Shown here one piece after another: positions 13,781 to 27,345 of a stretch of DNA of 64,000 nt. The notes under the pieces were generated by a model. That model did no database searches and was not told the DNA's origin. It worked only from the letters and a program-made list of their open reading frames with translations. Every line of letters begins with the position of its first letter. The first letter of the stretch is position 1. The position numbers and the translations under genes were made by a program. Origin of the DNA: Mobula hypostoma (taxonomy: Eukaryota); the NCBI RefSeq assembly GCF_963921235.1, contig NC_086097.1:38256001-38320000 (forward strand), in the 5' to 3' direction.

Positions 13781-14619
13781 TTCATCACTAGAGACACAAG
13801 AGTCTGCAGACGTTGAAATTCACAGCCAAAAAAACAAACTGGAAGAGCTCAGCAAGCCAAAGTATCTTGGAGGCTAAGGGAAGATGGTCATTTTGGCTTG
13901 AGACCCAGTATCAGAAGGGCAATTATTATTGCTGTCTCTGTTCTATAGGGTGGGTTGAATAAGGTTAATAGTCTTAGCTGAGTTTCACAGAGTGAGTAAC
14001 ACTTACCAGTGTAGCAACCACTGAGTCTGACTTTTGAGCAGTCTGAAGGATGTTAATGTGCTCCAATGCTTCACTCCTCAACAGTACTTTACAAAGGTAA
14101 TAAATTAATAGTCCTTGCAATTACAGCTTGAAGAGATTTCCTTGTTGGATTCCTAGCTGTGGTACTATGTTGGTTAGCTTTACTGGAACATTTCACTGCA
14201 GCAATATTTCTTGGAAACTGACAATCAGTGCCTGAATGATAATAATTGGCAGTTGTAATGTTCATTTTAAATTTCTTAAAATGAATCTGTGCCTGGGGCC
14301 AGAGAACATGGATGCAAGGTACTCATTTAGTACCTTACATCCATTTTCACTAAGAAGGGCATGGAGGATAGTGATCCCTGGCGGGTACAGCAAGGAGGAG
14401 AGGGTTTTGAAGAAGAGTTTTGGTGTGATATATCCCAGGTTGAAAGAAAAGGGAGAAGTTTGCCATTGTTTTGACAGCGATGTTTGCACCCTCTGCCCTT
14501 CTTGGGTACAGGAAAATAGCACTGAAAAAGGGATAGAGGGGTAGGTGGAGAGGGATAATTCTAGAAAGGGAATGCAACAGATGAATAACATCAACATAAG
14601 AAAAATGTCAGACTGAAAT

Positions 14620-15172
14620 GGGAGAGGTTTAGAGATTTGCTATATTATATGCCCTCTTTAATGCTTTAATGCTGTCCTTGACTTGTCAGCTGTGGTTGTT
14701 GCCTCATCCTCCTTTTGAGTACTACTGCTTCTTTGAGATGTATCTATCCTGTGCCTTTTGAATAGCTGCAGGAAACTCCAGGCATTGCTGTTCTGTCATC
14801 ATCCCTGTTAGAGACCCTTCCAATCAACCTCAGCCAGCTCCTCCCTCATGCCTCTAATTCCCTTTACTCTGCTGTAGTACTGGTACCTCTAAGTTCTCTA
14901 TTCCAATCTGTTTCATCACATAAACACACAATCTAGAATTACCTTTCTCTTAATGGGCTCAACCACAAGCTGCTCTAGAAAGTCATCTCGTAGGTATTCT
15001 ACAAATTCCCTCTTGAGATCCAGTACCAACCCAACTTTTCCCAATCGACCTGCATATTGAAATCTGCCATGACTATTGTAATATTGCCCTTGTTACATGA
15101 CTTTTCTATCTCCCGTTGTAAATTTTTACTCCACATCCTGGCTACTGTTTGAAGAACTGTATGTAACCTGGG
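14620..15172 (-). mobile_element. CR1 fragment (endonuclease region) split by the Penelope insertion; resumes at about 17460-17495
   Basis: CR1 antisense sequence ccacatcctggctactgttt... continues after the TSD as gcagtttcttaattctac...gattctacatc. Confidence 0.65.
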
Positions 15173-15193
15173 ATCTTCTTAATCTTAATCTTA

Positions 15194-17444
15194 ATCCAAA
15201 ATGATAGGAGAAGACAGGAGGGGGAGGGATAGAGCCGAGAGCTGGACAGGTGATAGGCAAAAGGGGATACGAGAGGGGGTGCTGTTGTAGTCTGGCGTAC
15301 TGACCTCTACCTTGCCGAGGCACAGCGACAACTCGCGGATACCTCCTCTTATTTACCCCTCGATCATGACCCCACTAAGGAGCACCAGGCCATTGTCTCC
15401 CACACCATCACCGACTTAATCCGCTCAGGGGATCTCCCATCCACTACTACCAACCTTGTAGTTCCCACACCCCGCACTTCCCGTTTCTACTCCTACCCAA
15501 GATCCACAAACCTGCCTGTCCTGACCGACCTATTGTCTCAGCTTGCTCCTGCCCCACCGAACTCATTTCTGCATACCTCGACACTGTTTTATTACCCCTT
15601 GTTCAATCCCTTCCGACCTATGTTCGTGACACTTCTCACACTCTTAAACTTTTCGGTGATTTTAAGTTCCCTGGCCCCCACCGCTTTATTTTCACCATGG
15701 ATGTCCAATCCTTATATACTTCCATCCCCCATCAGGAAGGTCTCAAAGCTCTACGCTTCTTTTTGGATTCCAGACCTAATCAGTTCCCCTCTACCACCAC
15801 TCTGCTCTGTCTAACGGAATTAGTCCTTACACTTAATAATTTCTCCTTTGGCTCCTCCCATTTCCTCCAAACTAAAGGTGCCGCTATGGGCACCCGTATG
15901 GGTCCTAGCTATGCCTGCCTTTTTGTTGGGTTTGTGGAACAATCTATGTTCCGTGCCTATTCTGGTATCTGTCCCCCACTTTTCCTTCGCTACATCGACG
16001 ACTGCATTGGCGCTGCTTCCTGCACGCATGCAGAACTCGTTGACTTTATTAACTTTGCCTCCAACTTTCACCCTGCCCTCAAGTTTACCTGGTCCATTTC
16101 CGACACCTCCCTCCCCTTTCTAGATCTTTCTGTCTCTGTCTCTGGAGACAGCTTATCCACTGATGTCTACTATAAGCCTACTGACTCTCACAGCTATCTG
16201 GACTATTCCTCTTCTCACCCTGTCTCTTGCAAAAACGCCATCCCCTTCTCGCAATTCCTCCGTCTCCGCCGCATCTGCTCTCAGGATGAGGCTTTTCATT
16301 CTAGGACGAGGGAGATGTCTTCATTTTTTAAAGAAAGGGGCTTCCCTTCCTCCACTATCAACTCTGCTCTTAAACGCATCTCCCCCATTTCACGTACATC
16401 TGCTCTCACTCCATCCTCCCACCACCCCACTAGGAATAGGGTTCCCCTGGTCCTCACCTACCACCCCACCAGCCTCCGGGTCCAACATATTATTCTCCGT
16501 AACTTCCGCCACCTCCAACGGGATCCCACCACTAAGCACATCTTTCCCTCCCCCCCTCTCTCTGCATTCCGCAGGGATCGCTCCCTACACAACTCCCTTG
16601 TCCATTCGTCCCCCCCATCCCTCCCCACTGATCTCCCTCCTGGCACTTATCCGTGTAAGCGGAACAAGTGCTACACATGCCCTTACACTTCCTCCCTTAC
16701 CACCATTCAGGGCCCCAAACAGTCCTTCCAGGTGAGGCATCACTTCACCTGTGAGTCGACTGGGGTGATATACTGCGTCCGGTGCTCCTGATGTGGCCTT
16801 TTATATATTGGCGAGACCCGACGCAGACTGGGAGACTGCTTTGCTGAACATCTACGCTCTGTCCGCCAGAGAAAGCAGGATCTCCCAGTGGCCGCACATT
16901 TTAATTCCACATCCCATTCCCATTCTGACATGTCTATCCACGGCCTCCTCTACTGTAAAGATGAAGCCACACTCAGGGTGGAGGAACAACACCTTATATT
17001 CCGTCTGGGTAGCCTCCAACCTGATGGCATGAACATCGACTTCTCTAACTTCTGCTAAGGCCCCACCTCCCCCTCGTACCCCATCTGTTTTTATGCACAC
17101 ATTCTTTCTCTCACTCTCCTTTTTCTCCCTCTGTCCCTCTGAATATACCTCTTGCCCATCCTCTGGGTCACACCCCCCCCCCTGTCTTTCTTCCCGGACC
17201 TCCTGTCCCATGATCCTCTCGTATCCCCTTTTGCCTATCACCTGTCCAGCTCTTGGCTCTATCCCTCCCCCTCCTGTCTTCTCCTATCATTTTGGATCTC
17301 CCCCTCCCCCTCCAACTTTCAAATCCCTTACTCACTCTTCCTTCAGTTAGTCCTGACGAAGGGTCTCGGCCTGAAACGTCGACTGCACCTCTTCCTATAG
17401 ATGCTGCTTGGCCTGCTGCGTTCACCAGCAACTTTGATGTATGT
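15194..17444 (+). mobile_element. Penelope-like retroelement, 5'-truncated, with inverted 5' pLTR piece
   Basis: RT (GGAVVV, MDVQSLYTSIP, GAAMGT, RYIDD) and GIY-YIG endonuclease (VIYC..C..CGLLYIGET) to TAA at 17058. One frameshift near 15490 and a TGA at 16789-91. 15194-15276 is the reverse complement of 17215-17297. TSD ATCTTCTTAATCTTA (15173-87, 17445-59). Confidence 0.95.
17349..17385 (+). ncRNA. Minimal type I hammerhead ribozyme motif in the Penelope pLTR (core intact)
   Basis: AGTC-CTGACGA-A-GGGT(CTCG)GCCT-GAAA-CG-TC-GACT; helix I AGTC/GACT; helix III reduced to the ACGT palindrome; predicted cut after C17380. Confidence 0.8.
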
Positions 17445-17571
17445 ATCTTCTTAATCTTAGCAGTTTCTTAATTCTACGTGCAAAGATTCTACATCAAATG
17501 CCTACCTGCCTGTTATTTCGATAATGTGTGTACGTCAGTGAAAATAAACCTGAATTGTAATTCTGAGTGAA

Positions 17572-18580
17572 TAGTCATAGTCATACTTTATTGATCCTGG
17601 GGGAAATTGGTTTTCGTTACAGTTGCACCATAAATAATAAATAGTAATAGAAATAGTAATAGTAATATTACCATTAGTAAATAGTAATAGTCATGGAAAT
17701 AATAAATAGTAATAGAATAGTAATTGAAAAATAGTAATAGTTAAATAGCAATATGTAAATTATGCCAGTAAATTATGAACTAAGTCCAGGACCAGCCTAT
17801 TGGCTCAGGGTGTCTGACCCTCCAAGGGAGGAGTTGTAAAGTTTGATGGCCACAGGCAGGAATGACTTCCTATGACGCTCTGTGTTGCATCTCGGTGGAA
17901 TGAGCCTCTGGCTGAATGTACTCCTGTGCCCACCCAGTACATTATGTAGTGGATGGGAGACATTGTCCAAGATGGCATGCAACTTAGTCAGCATCCTCTT
18001 TTCAGACACCACCGTGAGAGAGTCCAGTTCCATCCCCACAACATCACTGGCCTTACGAATGAGTTTGTTGATTCTGTTGGTGTCTGCTACCCTCAGCCTG
18101 CTGCCCCAGCACACAACAGCAAACATGATAGCAATGGCCACCACAGACTCGTTGAACATCCTCAGCATCATCTAGCAGATGTTAAAGGTCTCCTCAGGAA
18201 ATAGAGACGGCTCTGACCCTCCTTGTAGACAGCCTCAGTGTTCTTTGACCAGTCCAGTTTATTGTCAATTCGTATCCCCAGGTGTTTGTAATCCTCCACC
18301 ATGTCCACACTGACCCCCTGGATGGAAACAGGGGTCACCAGTACCTTAGCTCTCCTCAGGTCTACCACCAGCTCCTTAGTCTTTTTCACATTAAGCTGCA
18401 GATAATTCTGCTCACACCATGTGACAAAGTTTCCTACCATAGCCCTGTACTCAACATCATCTCCCTTGCTGATGCATCCAACTATGGCAGAGTCATCCGA
18501 AAACTTCTGAAGATGACAAGACTCTTTGCAGTAGTTGAAGTCCGAGGTGTTAATGGTGAAGAGAAAGGGAGACAAGATAG
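17572..18580 (-). mobile_element. Young Rex1/Babar-type LINE 3' fragment
   Basis: LQKFSDDSAIVG...LNVKKTKELVVD...RLYFLRR; (GACTAT)n tail after AATAAA; same family as 55935-57004. Confidence 0.9.
17632..17750. repeat. Degenerate (AATAGT)n microsatellite in the LINE 3' UTR
   Basis: Many aatagt/agtaat units; the sister copy near 56040 has about one. Confidence 0.8.
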
Positions 18581-19639
18581 TCTGTTATTTCTGAATACCA
18601 GATCTGACTACATGTGAATTCAAGAAACTTATTAAACAGGGCTAGTGGGTCACAACACAACTAACTATATGGGATTTTTTTTTAAAGCAGAGGTCTTACT
18701 TTATAATACAAGAATGTGTACTTTATATTCCTGGATACAAGCTGTTCTAGAAAGAGCGAAGAGGAGGTGTAGCAGTATTGATTTGAGAATCTTATTTTGG
18801 AGAGATGGTTTCCTGCAATGGCCAAGAATGAAATCTATCAGTTTAAGAAACTATATAGATGCAGTCACTGAGATTATTGTGTTGTTGCCACCAGGGGAAG
18901 AGTACTGAGGAATAAATAAACTGAAAATTGAAGAACTGTGCAAAAGCCATGGAGGTCTGAATTATCCATATGTAGATTGAAATAGTAATAATGTAAGGAG
19001 TATAGAAACCCTGAGATGTGTAGGAGTTCTGAAATGTATTCAGAAATTTCTTGATCAGCATGTTTCTGGCTCAAAGAGGAAGGCAGCTTGACTGGGTTTA
19101 GATCTGCAAAGTGAGTTGGAACTGGATGAAAGAGCAAATATCAACAGGGGGACATTCAGGAAATGGTAAACCCAATGATAAAAGTAATGATTTGGAGAAG
19201 GATCAGTTTTGATGGGACCAAAATGCATCTGGCCTTGGTAAATGAGAATCAAAGCTTGTAAACAGAAAACACAACTGAACAAGGGGAGGCCTTTAAACTG
19301 GAAGTGTTCATAGCTTTTGCCGGATCCATGGGGGGAGGGGGTAAGGAAATTTGCTAGTGGGTTGATTTAACAGAGGAAAAGAACATGTAGCAGATGTAAA
19401 ATTGTCAACTCGAGACGGAAAGTACTTCCAAAGAGAAGAACCACAGCTACTCCAATCTATTCATGTAATTAATGCTCCTGTTTCTTGGAATCATTTTAAT
19501 AAATCGATTCTACAACATATCCTACATTTTTCACATCTGAAAGTCTGCTACCTGGAACTGGACACAGTATTCCAAGTGTGGTTAAAACAATGTTTTCTGA
19601 AGCTAGTCAGGAATATCAAACAGATATTAAGTTTCTGTA

Positions 19640-21610
19640 GGCAGTAATGTTCTGTTGGTAGTATGGAAGGCAAATGGCATTCATTTATCATTTGACAAAT
19701 TAATTTGGCAGTTGGCATTCATTTCGAGAAGACTAGAATATAAAAGCAGGAATGGAATGCTGAGGTTTTATAAGCCATTGGTGAGACCACATTTGGAGTA
19801 TTAGCAGTTTTGGGCACTATATCTAAAGGATGTGCTGGTATTGGAGAGGGCAGAGAAAGGTAGCAAGAATGGTCTTGGGATGAAAAGGTTAATATGTGAG
19901 GAGTGTTTGATGGCTCCTGGGCATTTACTCGCTAGAGTTTAGAGGGACGAGAGGGGTTACATTAAAACCTACCAAAGGCATAGATAGAGTGAATGTGGAG
20001 AAGATATTTACAAAATAGTTGAAGAGCCTAGGACTAGAGGGCACAACCTCAAAAGAAAGGGATGTCCCTTTAGAGCAGAGGTGATGAGGAATATCTTGAC
20101 CCAGAGGGTAGTTAAATTATGTAATGTGGAGGCTAGGTCATTGGGTACATTTTAAACTGAAGTTGACAGGTTCTTGATTCATAAAGGTGTCAAGGGTTGT
20201 GGGGAAAGGGAAAAAGAATGAGTGTGAGAGTCATGATTTAATGTTAAAGCACATTCAGTGAGCTGAATGGCTTAATTCTGCTCCTATGTCTTATGGTCTC
20301 ATGCTCTTGTGTTTTAAAGATGTGTAGAAGTATTGGTTGCATAGCAAGTAAGTTATTTGATAACTTTAAGGATGCAGCTAACATCCCAAAAATAGGTGCA
20401 AGGAAGGCATTAGAAGGGAGGGAAGAACTCTAGGGAAAATTAGTCACTGGCGAATGGTACTATGTAAACGGTTGGAGCCACTAAGTGACAAATCCTTGGG
20501 TCCTGATAGACTTCATCCCTGTGGTCTTGCAGGCTAGTGAGTTGATGTTTGCCTTAATTTTCCAAATTCCCTAAATTTGTGAAGATTCGTTTAGATTACA
20601 GGTCCCTACCTGAGGTCCACAGACCCCTCGGTTAATGGTAAAGCTCATTAGCATAAAGGTTAGGCACCCCTGCTTTGGATTGAATAATAGCAACTGTAAT
20701 ACCTTACTCCAAAACTGAAATGTGACCGTAAGCAGGAAACTGTAGGCTGTTGAGTGTAACATCTGCATGAGAAGCTTGTTAGAAGTAGGGTGCTTAGAAA
20801 AACTGTAGGTAATTGGGCAATGTCAACATGATTTTGAGGAATGAAAATAAAGGTTGATCAGTTTATTGGACATCTGTGAAGAAATAATTTATGCTATGTA
20901 TAGAGGTGCCCCAATGGATGTTCCTACATTTCCAGAAAGTATTTGATGAGATACTGCATCTTTGACTGTGGCTGGAATAGAAGCTTGGAGGAACATAGAA
21001 AATTGCGAAAGGAGCCTGTGAAACCATGGTCCTGCTTCAGCATTTAATGGGATCATGGCAGATCATCTACTTCAGAACCTGAATTCTGCTTTCTCCTATT
21101 TCCCTTCATCCCTTTAGCAGTTATGAATAACTTTCTTTTATATATTTGGCCAGGCCTCCAGTGTCTTCTGTGGGAGAGGATCCCACCGTTTCAGCATCTG
21201 GATGGAGAAACTTTTCCTCTTGTTGATATTAAATGGGAAGCTCTATATCCTGATGTTTCAGCCCTTTGTTCTGGACTCTTCAGGAATTGGGGACATCCTT
21301 GTGGCCAGTCAGTATTGTCTGTTAGAATTTTATAGGTTTCTATGGGATAACCCCTCAGCCTTAAGAATATCAGTGAATGCAGGCCTGCACCAAACCCACG
21401 AATCAATATTGCTTTCCCTCCAGGTCCTTTCTTGAATAAACAGACAAAAAAAAAGCGCACAGCTCCAGATCAGGTGGCACCAAGGTCTTCTGTAGCTGCA
21501 ATGACATCCCTGCTCCTCTATTCCAATAATCTTGTAAAAATGGCCAACATTTCATTTGTCTTCCAAACTGTGCTGCACCTGAATGTTCACTTATAGCAAC
21601 TGGTGTACAA
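19640..21610. mobile_element. Cluster of degenerate CR1 fragments (+ 19640-20990, - 20991-21610)
   Basis: LRFYKPLVRPHLEY-like sequence and CR1 3' ends (cttaattctgctcctatgtcttatggtc; aacatagaaaattg..). Confidence 0.7.
20599..20672. mobile_element. Short hAT-like MITE remnant
   Basis: Imperfect terminal inverted repeats cagg..ccctacct / aggttaggcacccctg inside a CR1 fragment. Confidence 0.4.
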
Positions 21611-22036
21611 AGGTACTCGGATAATAACCTTTGATGCCATTACTAATTAAGAACTTATCAACCTCCACTTTAAGTATACCCAATGACGAGACATCTACAG
21701 CTATCCAAGGTAATGAATTCCCCAGATACGTCACCCTCTGGCTAAAGAAATTCCACTGCATCCTTACTCTGAAGCTGTCTGTTCTTAGACTCTTGCACTA
21801 TTAAAAACATCCTCCACGTCAAAACTCACATGCAACAAGACTTGCTCTTTTTATTAGTTCCAGCTCTTGCACAGATGTTGTTCTCACTACTCCAAAGTGG
21901 AAACATTCCTAGATATTTCATCAGTTTTGTTTTTGAATTCAAAGATCTTCTGCTCATGAATTCATGCTAATTCTGTACACATACTGTTGTAGCAGAATTA
22001 CAGTTTAGTCACAGGGCCGTGGTGGATGGAAGATGG

Positions 22037-22509
22037 CAGATATCCCACCTCTCCTGGAAGTTCCGGGAGTCTCCCGCATATTGATAGTGGCTCCCTGATG
22101 CCCGCAAATTATATACAATATCCTGGAAATCAATTTTTTTTTTCAAGAGAGAGTGAGCACCATGGCAGTGTGTTTCAAAAAAAGAAAATATAAAACGTAC
22201 TTCACCCCTGACTACACTAAAGTGTACCCCTGTCTAATAGGGGTCAAAAATAATGACAGTGTTGCTTGCTGCACTGTTTGCAACTTTTCTATTGCCCATG
22301 GTGGGTTAAGACTGTAAAAGACATGTTTGAGGTGAGTTTAACAGGTATCATTCATTCATTGGCATAACTGATGTTGTTTAAACTAGCTGGATAGCTGCTA
22401 AGGAGCTGCTCTATTACAGACATCCCACCTCTCCCGGAAATTCCGGGAGTCTCCTGCAAATTGATGGTGCTACCTCCCTGAAATGAGTTTTTGCCGGGTT
22501 GGATGTCTG
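22037..22509. mobile_element. Non-autonomous hAT-like DNA transposon, copy 1
   Basis: TIR CAGATATCCCACC / GGTTGGATGTCTG; homologous to 45859-46478; internal second copy of the left end at about 22416-22465. Confidence 0.8.
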
Positions 22510-22859
22510 AGATATAGATGTGGAGTTAAGAATAAAGTAGATTTGAAAAGAAGTTGTGTATCATGAGTGAAAACAACAGACTTTACAAATAGGGAAAAGA
22601 GAGCTCCACCTGGAAATTTCTAATCCATAGTGCTAAAGAAGACTCAGGATTTTTGACAAAACAGTAGTATGGTAAAAGGGATGATTAAATAGTTATTAAA
22701 ATAGGAAGTTGGATTAGGCCCAAGAGCTTATTATTAACTTGGTTGAAGAAGAATTTCAGAATCACACGATGAAAATGCACCAGGAGTGAATTTGACTTTT
22801 ATTAAAAATCTGAGTTATAATTTACCGGATCTTACAGTGACACAGGAGGCAGCCATCAC

Positions 22860-24090
22860 GATATGTTAAGTTCCTAAAGCCTGATGGAATCCATCGCAGG
22901 CTATTGGCCTTGTCAGAGGTCTTTGTATCCTTGTCAGCCACAAACAACGGCCCAGAGGACTGGATAGTAGTCAATGTTGTTCCTTTATGTAAGATAGACA
23001 ACAGGGACAAACCTGGTCTGGTGAATCTTGCATCAATGCTGGGGAAATTGTTAGAGAGGGATCTTAAGGATAGGATTTACATGCAACTCGGAAAGCTTGG
23101 ACTTGTTAGGGATGGTTGTGAAGGTAGGACAGTAGATGTAGTACACATGGTCTTTAGAAGTCTTATCCAGAAGATTATGGCACGTGAGAACACGGGGACT
23201 TGGCAGATTGGATTCAAAATTGGCTTGGCTATTACAAGACATAGGGTAGTAGCAGATGTTGTTAATCTGACTAGAGTTCTATAACCTGTGGTGTTCCGAA
23301 GAGATCAGTGCTGGGAGCGTGTTTTTTTTTTGTGTGATAAATATAAATAAGTTGGATGAAAATATAGGTGGGCAGCTTGGTAAGTTTGCAGACACACAGA
23401 AAATTGGTAGTGAGGAAAGTTGTGAAACGACATAGATCACTTGGAAATATGAGTGTAGAACTGGCAGGTACAGTTAAATCTGGACAAGTATGAGATGTTG
23501 TCCTTTTGTGGGGGGGGGGGGTGAAATCCAGTGAAAGAGGAAAATGTACAGTAAATGATAGAAGCCTAAGCACCTGATGTTCACAGGGATTTTGGGGTAC
23601 AAGTCCAAATTGAACAGTCATGATGTAGCTCTTTTAAACTGTAGTTAGGCTACATTTGTGTCTGGTGGGGTTGTTGCTGCACTACTGAAAAGATCTGGGG
23701 GCACTTAAGAGAGCACAGAAGGGGTTCACCAGGATGTTGCCTGGATTAGAAAGTAATAGTCATAGGGCAAGGTTGTACACAATTTGATTTTTCTCTGCAG
23801 TTCTGGAGGCTGAGGGGTGACTTAAGAGAAATATAAAATTATGAAAATGTAGGAATGTCAAAATCCTAGGTTTGAGTGAGAAGGGAAACATTTTTAAGGA
23901 GTCCTACAGGCAAGTTTGTTTTTAGAGCTGTAGGTGTCTGGAATGTGCTGCCAGAGGAAGTGTATCATATATAATAGCAAAGTTTGAGGCATTTAGACAA
24001 GTACATGAACAGACAGAATAGAGGACCAAGTGCAGATCAATGGGAAGAGTTTGAAATGGCATCATGGACTGAAGGGCTTTTGCTGTGCCC
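22860..24090 (+). mobile_element. Degenerate CR1 fragment
   Basis: PEDWIVVNVVPL, GKLLER, VDVVHM, FTRMLPGL-like motifs. Confidence 0.75.
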
Positions 24091-25079
24091 TGATGCATTG
24101 TTTACTTCAGCCCATGAAATCCATGAAGCAAGCCACTTAGTCCAATATCTAATCTCTATGCATCCCTTTTACCTCAGCAGTTTATTCTCTCCCGTATATG
24201 CCCCTCAATTCCCCTTTGATTCTTTTTGCCATTTACCTAGAGTAAAGGGATTCCAAATGACCTACTAGCCTGCCTTTGGAGATTGACGAGGAAGCTCACA
24301 TGGTCATGGAAAGAATGTACAAGTTCTTCTTCAAACCTCGGTTCCTGGAGCTCTAAGGCCAGCAGTACTAGGTATTGCCTGATATTAGTTGTGCATTCTA
24401 ATTCTAGTGAAATACTAGGTAAGAGATTCTAATGGAAGTATTACAAGAGACTAGATGTATTTTAAAATGGTGTCTGGATGAGCATAATAGGAACAACAAA
24501 TAGACGTGGCATCAGATAAAATGTTAGAATGATGACCAGGTGAGTAGAAATGTTCCTGCACCCAATGAGTAGTGGGGTTACCTGCAATAAACCCTGCGGT
24601 GCAATAGACTGGATGCAGACATTTGTGGCATCGGAAATGTGTTGCGCGTATGATCAGGTTGGAGATGGCCAGCAGCCACAGACTGTGTTAGACCTGCAGT
24701 GTGGTCATGGAAGGAGGCCCAGAGTCTGGCGAAGTTTGGATGGTGGTGGGGTAGGGAAGGTTACAAGTTGAATTGGTGATAGAGATTGGAGTCAGAACCT
24801 ACATCACACAGTTGATTTTCGGCCTGGAGATCTGAGAATGCTAGCTGGGTTGCTGCAGTGCGTGATGTTAGGGTATGGCTGGAGTAAGCTGAGATATTTG
24901 CTGGTTGGTTTCATGGTGTGCCCATTTACTTCATTGTGGGGATGCTTGTAATTTCTAGCCTCAACTATTTAGGTAGATAATCTTGATTCAGATGTTCAGT
25001 TTTACAGGTGTTCAGGACAAGATGAGAAACTTTTTTTTAAAAGAAGTGAATTAATTGATGAAATCATTGGTAGATGTAA

Positions 25080-25259
<180 letters not shown>

Positions 25260-25419
25260 TGACCTCGAATAGTTATCTGGACATCCCACGGCAAAATACT
25301 TCTCGAGTAAATGGTTATTGAGCAGATGCATTCCCTGTTCATCACTTTATTCAGCTGGCTAATTTTACAACTTTCTGTAGCTTTTAGTCCTGTGCAGTAG
25401 CTTTCTCTCTCCCTTCCTC

Positions 25420-26060
25420 CCCCCCACCCCCCAGTAGATAGTGATGTAGCCTATTAGAATGCTCTCCACAGTACATCTATAGAAGTGACAAAACTCCTAA
25501 TAAAATATAGTCACTGTCTTGCTGCCTTTATAACTGCATTGATATGTTGGGACCAGGTTAGGTCCTCAGATCTTGACACCCAGGAACTTGAAATTGCTCA
25601 TTCTTTCCACTTCCGATCCCTCTGAGGATTGGTATGTGTTTCCTTGCCTTGCCCTTCCTGAAGTCCACAATCAGCTCTTTGGTCTTGCTGACATTGAGTG
25701 CAAGGTTATTTCTGCGACACCACTCAACTAGCTGGTCTATCTGAGATTCTACCAGCAATGGTTGTATCACAGCAAATTTATAGATGGCATTTGAGCTATA
25801 CCTAGCCACACAGTCATGGGTATAGAGGGAGTAGAGTAATGGGTTGAGCAAACACCCAAGGTGTGCCAGTGAGGAGAAGATGTTATCTCCAATCCACAAA
25901 GATTGTGGTCTTCTGCTTAGGAAGTCAAGGATCCAATTGCAGAGGGAGGGGCAGAGGCCCAGGTTCTGTAGCTTATTGACTGTGGGAATGATTATGTTAA
26001 ATGCTGAACTGTAGTTAACGATCAGCTTCCTGACATAGTTCTGGCAAATGGAGTGCAGAC
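25420..26060 (-). mobile_element. Degenerate Rex1/Babar-type LINE fragment
   Basis: [13 protein letters not shown]...[20 protein letters not shown]. Confidence 0.8.
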
Positions 26061-27149
26061 CAATGTGAAATTGATTGTTTTGACAGGAATATGGAGCTTA
26101 TTATAGAAATTGTGAGAGAGTACACACCCCTTTGTGATGTAGGAGAGTCCAAGTATACCCCAGTGCATCATTTGCTTAGGGCTGGTATACAGGTACAACA
26201 GATAATTAGAATTGATAATTATTTTAGCATTGACAGCTAGGAGAATGGAATACAAAAATGAGGAGATTTAGCTTCATTTATGGGTTGTTCGCATTAGGAA
26301 TACTGTTTTACTATTGGTTTCATTATTTAGGAAAATTGTTCTTCCTGGAAGTAATTCAGGGACCTATCACCAGTCTGATACCTGGAATGTTAGGTGGTTG
26401 GAGGGGGGGTGGGGGAGAAGAGTTGATAGTTGAATGAGAAGGAAATGGACAGTTCAGACTTCTAGAATGTAGAAGAGTTTTTTTAAAAAATGTGATTGAA
26501 TCATTTAAGTTGCAGAGGGAAGATGTAGAGAGATTATTTCCTTTTGTGGTAGAATCTAGAACTGTTTTAAAGTACAGTTTTGTTTATTAAAAAGGGAAGT
26601 TAATGATTTTTATTTTGCTCTCAGGGCCATAAGGTTTTCCTCAAAGGGCAGTTGAAGGGAATTTATCTACTGTAAAACTATTTAGATACTTGATAAGCAA
26701 GAAGTGAAAATCGCCATGTATAGATGATGTTGCAGATCTAAGGTTACAAGTTAGATCGACCATGAGGAGGCTAAAGGTGCTAAGATGCCAACTCCTGCTA
26801 ATTCATATGCACTGAAACCTGAGCCACCTGCTATATTCCTAATTCTGAGTGATTAGTGTATTTAAATAATGCACCAAATTATTTTAAGTGATCTTAATAA
26901 GATCCAAATCTCTTGTAACAAAGATTTAAACAGAATTATGATCAGAGTAATAGGAATTTAAACTATACTTCCTTGAACTTCAATATTTTATAAACCTAGA
27001 TATATTTGGTTCTGAAATCCAAATTGAGTAAAAAAAATAATAATTATGAAAAGGAGCTAACAGAGCTTTGTCTTCCTGTCTTGGATAAATCAAGCAGCGA
27101 CAAAGAGGTGGATTCTTTTCATCATAGGAAGCTTATTTTAATTGGGCAG

Positions 27150-27345
27150 ATGCAGACTGCAGATGCTGGAATCTGGATCAAAATCAAACTGCTGGAGGAA
27201 CTCAGCAGATGAGTGGCATCTGTGGAAGTAGAAGGATAGTTAACATTCAGGTTTGATGTGGTGTCTTGATCCAAAATGTCAACAATACCCATGCCTCCAT
27301 GACTGCTGACTGAGTAGCTGAGTTCGATCAGTACTATGCTTTTAC
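27150..27345. repeat. Old pLTR-derived partial palindrome
   Basis: ctgcagatgctgga...ctggaggaactcagc ... gctgagttc with a decayed centre. Confidence 0.55.
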
